Source: a virus (lineage: Duplodnaviria > Caudoviricetes). From it: 52,599 bases of DNA. The DNA lies in IMG/VR virus record IMGVR_UViG_3300046791_000268, positions 1 through 52,599 of that record; one strand, 5' to 3'. Made by a program: the position numbers and the translations under genes. Of this stretch, positions 46,052 to 52,599 are shown one piece after another (positions within the stretch are counted from its first letter, which is position 1; each line of letters starts with the position of its first letter). The notes beneath the pieces were generated by a model. The model did no database searches and was not told the origin of the DNA. It saw nothing but the letters and a program-made list of their open reading frames with translations.

Positions 46052-46082
46052 GCAATTCTAAGCGTGCCGATCTTGGGGAGAG

Positions 46083-46346
46083 TCAGGGGAGCGGTTCGCC
46101 GCGGCGCATGCGATCGATGAAGTCCCGCAAGTCGGGGTCATGCATCATGCGGCTGATGGTGCGGCACAGCTGTTGGGTGGTCTGGCCGCAGCTGGCGGCA
46201 TGCAGTGCCGTGGCGGCGGTCAGCGCGATGCCTACGACGGTCGGGGGCTCGCCTCGCTCTGTGAGGCGGTCAACGGCGTCAGCGATGGCGCATGTGCAGC
46301 GCATTACGGCGGCGTCTTGTGCGGCGTTAGCCATGGCATAGCCCAA
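46083..46346 (-). CDS. Hypothetical protein
   Basis: Leftward operon; start uncertain. Confidence 0.55.
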   Translation of the reverse strand: MGYAMANAAQDAAVMRCTCAIADAVDRLTERGEPPTVVGIALTAATALHAASCGQTTQQLCRTISRMMHDPDLRDFIDRMRRGEPLP

Positions 46347-46997
46347 TCAGCGTACCAGTGTGTGATTTGCCACACGTAAAAATGTGGCTTCATCGGTTTC
46401 AAGCAACAGCTTTTGCGCCAACATCGTGTCGGCGTCAGGCACGGCCAGCGTGGGGTGAATGCACAGGCGTTTGAGCACGCGCCCCGCATCGTCGAGCTGA
46501 TCCACATTGCCAGCGCGACCGCGCCGAATCCGGTAGCGGCGGCGCGTGCCATCGGCTGCGATCGTCGTGAGGTGAAACGCGTTGGTTTGCTGCAGCTCCG
46601 CAGCCTGGGCGGCTGTTAGCGATTCGGTCAGCAAGATTTCGGCGCGGGCCGCGGCTGCGGCGCGTTCGATGGCCAGCGCACGCTGATGCTGTTCTGTCGC
46701 CGCCAGCCGCTCTAGGCGGGCTGCGCGCTGGGCCTGAGTCAGCTCTAGCGTGCCGCCCCACGCTTGCCACGTGGCAAGCGGCAGGGCTGCAGCGCGGCGC
46801 AATTCCGCTTGGGTCCACGCGGGCCAGACCAGCACGTTAGAGCCGGTGATCATGGCTGTCGGTGTTATGTAAGCGGTAGACGTGACGCTAGATGCGCTCC
46901 ATGCGAGCACGGGCGTATTCCACGGCCTGGCGCTCCACGTTGTCGGCGTGGTGGCTGACGTCGTGGGCGTGGACGTGACAATCACAGGGAACGGCAC
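46347..46997 (-). CDS. Conserved-looking hypothetical protein (LCIHP...PxxD.MLAQKL.LE.DE..FL..AN)
   Basis: 2 nt downstream of the GG-terminated gene. Confidence 0.75.
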   Translation of the reverse strand: MPFPVIVTSTPTTSATTPTTWSARPWNTPVLAWSASSVTSTAYITPTAMITGSNVLVWPAWTQAELRRAAALPLATWQAWGGTLELTQAQRAARLERLAATEQHQRALAIERAAAAARAEILLTESLTAAQAAELQQTNAFHLTTIAADGTRRRYRIRRGRAGNVDQLDDAGRVLKRLCIHPTLAVPDADTMLAQKLLLETDEATFLRVANHTLVR

Positions 46998-46999
46998 GG

Positions 47000-47260
47000 T
47001 CAGCCGCCCTGCATGGGTGGCGCAAATATGATCCGTTCCGCGTCGGGATCAAACTCCCGCATTTGCTCTCCTTTCGTTCCGTCTTTCCCTGTGACGCGGA
47101 ACGCCAGATAGCCCTGACGGCGGAGCCCATCAAACTGGGCGCGTGCGGCTTCCACTTCGGTAGAAACATCTGCGTTCCACATCGTCTTGACGTCGCCCTC
47201 TATCCCTAATGTCTGCGCCTCTAAGAACGGCTTCAATCGCAGCACGATCGGCCCACTCAC
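47000..47260 (-). CDS. Small protein with ubiquitin/MoaD-like C-terminus (ERIIFAPPMQGG)
   Basis: Terminal beta strand + PP..GG-stop. Confidence 0.7.
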   Translation of the reverse strand: MSGPIVLRLKPFLEAQTLGIEGDVKTMWNADVSTEVEAARAQFDGLRRQGYLAFRVTGKDGTKGEQMREFDPDAERIIFAPPMQGG

Positions 47261-47294
47261 GCGAGCCTGTAATCACCACGCATTTCATACGCAC

Positions 47295-47594
47295 CTAGTT
47301 AGTATCTGAGCTTACGTTCTCGCTGGTTTCTTGCTCATTCTTGCGCAGCCATTCCACGTAATCGGCTGCGCGGGGCAACGCCTTGTTGACCGCGGTGTGC
47401 ACGTCTAGTGGTGTTAGTTCTGAGTAAAGGCCTACGGTCACGAGCGCCAGCGCCAGCGCTGGGCCAATGGCGCCAGCGGGGCAACCGGCTTCTTCCAGGT
47501 GGCTTATCGTTGAGAGAATCACTGCGGCAGCGCGATCAATGGTGCTACCGCATCCCAGGCAGCCGCAGCCTGCTACAGGTATTTTGTGGCCCAT
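47295..47594 (-). CDS. Hypothetical protein
   Basis: SD AAGGAGG upstream. Confidence 0.7.
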   Translation of the reverse strand: MGHKIPVAGCGCLGCGSTIDRAAAVILSTISHLEEAGCPAGAIGPALALALVTVGLYSELTPLDVHTAVNKALPRAADYVEWLRKNEQETSENVSSDTN

Positions 47595-47822
47595 GCCAAT
47601 CCCCTCCTTGCGATCATGGTCGCGAGTACGCGCGTGGTATCAGCACTTTCGGCGGCCACGCAACCCGGCTACAGGTCACCGTGTGCTGACGGCGGCAAGC
47701 TAGCGCAGCGCTAGCGCTACGGTTGCCGCGAAAAAGTGCAACAAAAAAGTTGAATACCGATCGCTCCTGGCGTCCTATGCGCAGAGGAGCAGCAAAAACA
47801 ACCCTCAAACGTCAGGAACGCT

Positions 47823-48164
47823 ATGGCCAAGCCAGCCCGAGTTTTGCAGCGCAGTGAAAAAGCTCACCCCTACGTTGTGCGCGCAACAGACGTCCAGCGC
47901 GCCCAGCGGCAGATGAACGCCGCATCTAAGCAGAGTCTGGTCACGCTGTTTTCGCTGGGCTCATACGATCGTAATCAGTTGTCGATTCGCCAGCTCGACA
48001 AGTTACGAGACTGGATCGATTCAAGCGGCGCGGCGGAAGTTGCGAAGGCTCTAGCCGTAAGTGAGATCACGCTTTTTCGTGTGTGCGCGGGGTTTGGGCA
48101 TCGTCTGCGCCCAGGTACCGCCATGAAGTTTCGAAAGTATTTCAACGTCAACGTGAACGATTGA
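47823..48164 (+). CDS. HTH (Cro/XRE-like) regulator
   Basis: GAAEVAKALAVSEITLFRVCAG. Confidence 0.7.
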   Translation: MAKPARVLQRSEKAHPYVVRATDVQRAQRQMNAASKQSLVTLFSLGSYDRNQLSIRQLDKLRDWIDSSGAAEVAKALAVSEITLFRVCAGFGHRLRPGTAMKFRKYFNVNVND

Positions 48165-48176
48165 GGCATCCAGTCT

Positions 48177-49307
48177 ATGGGCTCAGCCTCGCGTAACAAG
48201 CCTTCGCAATCGCCTGCCGCACGTCGGGAGGCTTTCGTTAGGAGGCTTCCGCGCGGGCTAGACACGGATGAAGTAATGCGCCGCTGCAAGGCGGCAGGCG
48301 TCTCTTGCACACGATTGCAAGTCAATAAGATTCTGTACGACAAAGATTTGGCGCACGCGGTGGAAGCCGTCTCAGCGGTCCCCGCGGCGGCGCCGAAAAA
48401 GCCAGCGGAGCGCAAGGAGCTGTTGGCCTTTGCGCGCACGCTGTTGCCGCGGTTCCTTGAGATGTCAGCGTTGGATGCAATCAAGCGCGCGGAAGCCGCG
48501 GGCCTGTACGGCTGGACAAAGCGCGACGTGCACAGGTTTCGTTACATCCTGAAACAAGAAGCGGCGAACGCTGGTCAGCCGGTCGCCGAAAACGCGGAGC
48601 CCACAACCATAACCATAACCACAGACGCGAGGGGACAAGACATGCCAGACGGATCCGAGTCACAGAGCGCCAGCGCGGCGCCAGGCGATAGGAACGAGGA
48701 GGAGGATAGGCGGTCAGGGCCGGGCAAGCCAGTGAGCGGCAAGCGCCTCTACATCGAAGCAATCCCCCTGTCAGTCAACGCGAAAGACGCGGTCAAAATG
48801 GTAGAGGCGGCGGGTTTTGGCGAAACGACGCTCAGCACGATTTACACAACTCGCAGCAACAAGCGGCTCAGGGAGGAGCGCGGTCAGGTCAAGCGCAAGC
48901 CCGCGCCTGTGCCCACGTCCAAGGCCAGTCAGGACAAGCTGGGCCACGGCGCGAAACGCGCATTCGTTGAAACGCTGCCAGACACAACGCCAGTTCAAGA
49001 GGTTATCCAGGCGGCGGCCGCGGCGGGGATTGAGGTATCAGAGGCGTACATAAAACAGATGAGGCGCAACGCTCGCAGACTCGCAGAGCTAGGCGCTGTT
49101 TCTGTGGTGCCCAGCCCGTCAGCGTCCAAGGCGCTGGCTCGCAGGCCGCAGCCATTGGCGGCGCAAACCAACGGCGCCTCGGACAAGCTTGCGCTTCTCA
49201 AGTCGCTTATTCTGGACGTCGGACTTGATCAAGCGCGTCATGCGTTCGATGAGTTTGAAGCATTGTCCGGCCACATACGGCCACCGCAGGAGCGTAAGCC
49301 ATGGTAG
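48177..49307 (+). CDS. Putative DNA-binding protein with four helical repeats
   Basis: Four repeats of KRAFV..LP.......V...A.AAG......Y...R type. Confidence 0.75.
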   Translation: MGSASRNKPSQSPAARREAFVRRLPRGLDTDEVMRRCKAAGVSCTRLQVNKILYDKDLAHAVEAVSAVPAAAPKKPAERKELLAFARTLLPRFLEMSALDAIKRAEAAGLYGWTKRDVHRFRYILKQEAANAGQPVAENAEPTTITITTDARGQDMPDGSESQSASAAPGDRNEEEDRRSGPGKPVSGKRLYIEAIPLSVNAKDAVKMVEAAGFGETTLSTIYTTRSNKRLREERGQVKRKPAPVPTSKASQDKLGHGAKRAFVETLPDTTPVQEVIQAAAAAGIEVSEAYIKQMRRNARRLAELGAVSVVPSPSASKALARRPQPLAAQTNGASDKLALLKSLILDVGLDQARHAFDEFEALSGHIRPPQERKPW

Positions 49308-49585
49308 CGGGCCAAGCACAAAACGCAGACACAGAGACTGCGTCTGTAGGCGACGTGATCCAGCTCGATCCGGTGCACTCGTGCTGGGGGCCACAGCTGT
49401 GCATCGTGGACAACGTCAATCCCAAAAGCGTGCGCTGCATTTTTTTCACAGACCACGTCAAAGACGAACCGCCAGGGGAAGCCTACTTGCGCGTGCCGCA
49501 CGGTCAGTACGTTCGGATCGGTCGCGCGGCATGGTTGCCCGGACACCTCGCAGAGGAAATGCAGGAGCAATCCGGTAGACGCTGA
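49301..49585 (+). CDS. Hypothetical SH3-like protein
   Basis: VGDVIQLDP...CIVD...AYLR...IGRA.W. Confidence 0.7.
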   Translation: MVAGQAQNADTETASVGDVIQLDPVHSCWGPQLCIVDNVNPKSVRCIFFTDHVKDEPPGEAYLRVPHGQYVRIGRAAWLPGHLAEEMQEQSGRR

Positions 49586-49612
49586 GCCTGTGCGCCGGTA
49601 GAGTTTCCGCTT

Positions 49613-49652
49613 GCCCCCTGGTCGCGCTTCACGGCGCGGTCAGGGGGCTTTC
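49613..49652 (+). terminator. Rho-independent terminator
   Basis: gccccctggtcgcgc-ttcacg-gcgcggtcagggggc-tttc. Confidence 0.65.
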
Positions 49653-49743
49653 AGTTTGTAACGCGTCGGGGTCTGTTGTGAGCCATGCGGCGGCGAACAT
49701 CAGAACGAGCCACAGCGCCGCCAGCAGCCACGCTTTGCCCTGG

Positions 49744-50256
49744 TCACCCATGGGAGCGTACTGGCGCAGGGGCAAGCTCTCTGCGGCGCCTGGGTGGCGG
49801 CTGGCGCGGCACGCGTCGCAAGTATTGGGTCAGGAGGAGCAGCGCGAAAAAATACATGCGCAGCGACTCTATGCGCGTCCAGCGCTCCCCAGTTTCGTAG
49901 ACGACGATCGCGGACGTCAGCGCTCCCCAAACGATGAAGGCCTTGAGCATGGCGGCAGCTTCTCCCGCTGGACCCCAATCACGTCGGGCGGTGGGCACGT
50001 GCATGGCGGCCACCAGAAACGCAGTGAGGCCGATGCCCATCAGCCAATGGCCTTGCGCGGCGTTGAGGGCCAGGCCTGTGGACGCGACCGCGGCATCGTG
50101 GGCATAGTAGATGGCAATGCGCCGCACGCCTTGCGCTTCCATCCACCACACCGCGGCGTTTACGGCGTTTTGGATCGCGGTGTCGAGCGGGCCGAACGCG
50201 GTGCGCAGCGCCCAGCCAACCAGGCGGGGGATCAGCGTGAAGCCAGCCCAAAACAT
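49744..50256 (-). CDS. Membrane protein (about 4 TM)
   Basis: Start MFWAGF; hydrophobic segments. Confidence 0.7.
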   Translation of the reverse strand: MFWAGFTLIPRLVGWALRTAFGPLDTAIQNAVNAAVWWMEAQGVRRIAIYYAHDAAVASTGLALNAAQGHWLMGIGLTAFLVAAMHVPTARRDWGPAGEAAAMLKAFIVWGALTSAIVVYETGERWTRIESLRMYFFALLLLTQYLRRVPRQPPPRRRRELAPAPVRSHG

Positions 50257-50258
50257 TT

Positions 50259-50540
50259 TCACGAGGGCTTGTCTCCCGAGCGCAGCAAGATCTGAAAGAA
50301 CACCCCCAGCACGCGCTGGCGCAACGCTTCCGGCGCTTGCTCGCATTCCAGCGCGGTGGCCTTGCGCAGCGTGACCCGCGCGCCATCCGCGGACACGCGA
50401 TCGAAGATCAGCACCTCTGCGCAGAACACGCAAACGGCCCAGTCTCCCGCGATAGGGAGCCGCGTGCCTCCCGATAGCGCGCTGGGAAGGGGTGTGTTGC
50501 ACTCGGGGCACTGCGCGTCTTTCAGGGGCACGTGACTCAC
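50259..50540 (-). CDS. Zn-finger protein
   Basis: CPEC...GD..VCVFC. Confidence 0.7.
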   Translation of the reverse strand: MSHVPLKDAQCPECNTPLPSALSGGTRLPIAGDWAVCVFCAEVLIFDRVSADGARVTLRKATALECEQAPEALRQRVLGVFFQILLRSGDKPS

Positions 50541-50543
50541 GGG

Positions 50544-50789
50544 CTAGCCCCACACTTCCCAGACGTGCGGATCGGGGTCGACTCCGCGCGGCTGCATCAG
50601 CACAAGCTGCCGGAACGTGCGCTGGACCCATGCGCGTGCCGCCTCGCAGCTGGCGAAAGTCGCGTAGCGCGGATCGTTCGTGATGCTGCCATCGCTCCAC
50701 ACGTAGCCGCATCGCACCACAGCGCAGTCGGGGTGGTCGGTCGGGCGATCGTAGATCGTCACCAGCATCAGCGGCGGGTCAGCGTTCAT
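50544..50789 (-). CDS. Conserved hypothetical protein
   Basis: TIYDRPTDHP..AVVR...R..DPDP.V.EVW. Confidence 0.7.
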   Translation of the reverse strand: MNADPPLMLVTIYDRPTDHPDCAVVRCGYVWSDGSITNDPRYATFASCEAARAWVQRTFRQLVLMQPRGVDPDPHVWEVWG

Positions 50790-50976
50790 GTCAAAAGCCC
50801 CTCCCGCTAGCATCGCGCTAGCCGGGCTTTGTCTCGCGTGTTTTCGGCGCGCGGACAAGCGGCCGCGATAGGCTAGGGGGCCCCGCCCCCAAGGGGGTAT
50901 TTACTGCACAGACGGACGCAGTGAAAACGAGGTGAAACAAAAATGGCTTGTTTTATAGCTAAAAACGAACGACTCC

Positions 50977-51026
50977 GCATGCTTTGGGAGCATGAGGTCG
51001 CAGGTTCGAATCCTGTCGCCCCGACC
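50977..51026 (+). other. attP core: 3' half of tRNA-Pro(TGG)
   Basis: Anticodon arm catgc-ttTGGga-gcatg, T arm caggttcgaatcctg, 3' acceptor strand cgccccgacc; no 5' half. Confidence 0.88.
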
Positions 51027-51031
51027 CGCTG

Positions 51032-51067
51032 AAACCCCGCAAAACGCTCTGTTTTGCGGGGTTTTTT
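51032..51067. terminator. Terminator hairpin after att core / end of integrase
   Basis: aaaccccgcaaaac-gctct-gttttgcggggtttttt. Confidence 0.85.
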
Positions 51068-51103
51068 GCGTCTGGGCCCCGCTGGCCGTTCCGCCGATGG
51101 GGG

Positions 51104-52459
51104 TCAACTGGCACCCTTTGAGCCCTTTTTGCCCATCGCATTTACTGCACTGACGTACGCAGTTTGGGCCGGACGGGCTTCTGCTGTCTGTGCTGCAGTT
51201 GAAATGGCCCCCGTTCGAGCCTGCAAACGCTGCTTTTGCAGCTGTCTGCGGGATGGTTTGCGCGCGCGCGGCAGGGCCACGGGGGGCAGGGCCATGGGGG
51301 GCAACTTGGCGACCGCGGCGTGTAGCCTGGCCATGTCCGTGTGGCCATAGACCAAGCGGACCATGGCAATGTCTTGGTGGCCCAAAAGCTCCGCGCAATC
51401 TTCGAAGCTGACCCCGGCATTTTTCATCAAACTGCAAAACGTCCGGCGCAGGTCATTGAACGTCAGCGACTTCGGCAGCTCCACGTCCAGATCCTGGCGT
51501 GCGTCGCCTTTCTTGGCGCGCGCCAAGAGACTCGCGCGGGCCCGTTTCCAGTTTGCGCGCAGGTCACGGTTACCCGATCCCCATTCGGTGAACAGCGGCG
51601 TTCCCACGCGCGCATTGCGCATGCGGCGCGTGAACAGCGCTAGCATGACGTCATTGAGCGGCAGTGGCCGCGCGGAGCCATCGGTTTTCAGCTCACGCAC
51701 GACAACGCCACCGCGGACAAGCTCCTCTAACTTCAGCACGCGCTTAACTAGGTCGACATGTTCCCGACAGATGACCAGCAGCTCACGGCGGCGCAGCCCT
51801 AGGTTGACGAGTGTCAAAATATCGTCGCGCCGATCGATCCGATGGCGATCGGGGTTCGAGCTGGTCTCTGCGATCAGCGCTCCGATCCACTCGGGCTTAC
51901 GCAACCATCTGGCCCCGGGCTTGTAGTAACCGCGCTTGCCCTTGGCTCGTTTGAAGCCCTCCACCGTCAACGATTTGGGGTCGCCAGAATAGCCGCCTAC
52001 GGCCTTGGCCAGCTTTGCCGCCTGCCGCAGCACGCGAAGTTCTTTCTGGATCGTGTGGCGTGACGCGTTTTCGGCCAGGCGCGTGTCTGTGTACGCCACC
52101 AGCGTGGGAGCGGGCGGCGTGACATCGATCAGCCGCGTGTCAGGGAGCAACAAGCGCACGAGATGGCGCCCGCGATCCACGTGAAACTGGACGGTTTTGG
52201 GCGCGGCGTTGACGCGTGCGTCATGTTGACCGAGTAGGCCTAGCGCCTCCGCTAGCGTAAGTTCCTGGGCGGTTTGGGTTTGATCGGGCGCAGGTACGGA
52301 CTTGTCGCGTTCGATTTCTCTGGCGGCGTCAAGCGCGGCTTTTCGGTCGGTTTGGTGGGTAGAGGCGGTGTACTTCTTTCCGGCGTAGTCGTAGCCCCAG
52401 AAGTGCCAGACGGCTCCGCGTTGCATGAGTCGCTTTTCGATGGGCGTGCGTTTGAACAA
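51104..52459 (-). CDS. int: Tyrosine integrase
   Basis: GLRRREL (R), LKT (K), NDLRRT, LLGH, VY (Y); start may be ATG 52426. Confidence 0.93.
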   Translation of the reverse strand: MFKRTPIEKRLMQRGAVWHFWGYDYAGKKYTASTHQTDRKAALDAAREIERDKSVPAPDQTQTAQELTLAEALGLLGQHDARVNAAPKTVQFHVDRGRHLVRLLLPDTRLIDVTPPAPTLVAYTDTRLAENASRHTIQKELRVLRQAAKLAKAVGGYSGDPKSLTVEGFKRAKGKRGYYKPGARWLRKPEWIGALIAETSSNPDRHRIDRRDDILTLVNLGLRRRELLVICREHVDLVKRVLKLEELVRGGVVVRELKTDGSARPLPLNDVMLALFTRRMRNARVGTPLFTEWGSGNRDLRANWKRARASLLARAKKGDARQDLDVELPKSLTFNDLRRTFCSLMKNAGVSFEDCAELLGHQDIAMVRLVYGHTDMARLHAAVAKLPPMALPPVALPRARKPSRRQLQKQRLQARTGAISTAAQTAEARPAQTAYVSAVNAMGKKGSKGAS

Positions 52460-52599
52460 ATGCAGTCTCCTGAGCGCAGGTGTTGCTCAAGCTTGACATT
52501 TGTCAATCGTAGCTGCGAGCTGAGCCGTCTTACGGCTTGCGCGAGCGCGAACGTTTCTGCGTGGCCGGCGTGATTGGACGCAGAAACGGACTTATCGCG

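Larger units (their letters stand above)
50899..51163. repeat. attP region with 24-nt direct repeats (putative integrase arm sites)
   Basis: atttactgcacagacggacgcagt (50899-50922) and atttactgcactgacgtacgcagt (51140-51163) flank the core. Confidence 0.75.
1..52599. mobile_element. Temperate contractile-tailed phage (partial or near-complete genome, non-integrated form)
   Basis: Complete head-neck-sheath-baseplate gene order, tyrosine integrase, and attP with phage-like genes on both sides; no host housekeeping genes. Confidence 0.95.

Noticed and set aside
50257-50712. 322-aa version of the membrane protein
   Set aside because: The upstream part overlaps two better ORFs on the same strand; start placed at 50256
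50977-51026. Complete tRNA-Pro gene
   Set aside because: No D arm or 5' acceptor strand upstream; it is an att core

Overview
The window is most of the genome of a GC-rich temperate myovirus with Mu-like head and neck genes. It appears to be the non-integrated form, because an intact attP (3' half of tRNA-Pro(TGG), arm repeats and terminator) lies next to a tyrosine integrase. From left to right: (1) 367-5455, a head-to-tail array of 13 small genes, 12 of them preceded by the same element, a 23-bp pseudo-palindrome TGA-N7-TTG-N7-TCA over a sigma70-type -35 box, followed by a -10 box that usually sits 6 nt before the ATG (leaderless); (2) about 5.5-13.8 kb, accessory genes, an RHH regulator, a short repeat region, further minus-strand copies of the same cassette, and a module of two basic Gly-terminated proteins, a PAPS-reductase-like enzyme and ParB; (3) 13.8-46 kb, terminase, portal, Clp protease/scaffold, capsid, neck, sheath, tube, frameshifted chaperone, tape measure, baseplate and several fibre/spike genes, interrupted by antisense morons; (4) 46-52.6 kb, a putative ubiquitin-like gene pair, an HTH gene, a four-repeat DNA-binding protein, attP and integrase. 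No replication or lysis genes were recognised. A Myxococcota host is inferred from protein style only. All product calls come from motif recognition by eye, not database searches.
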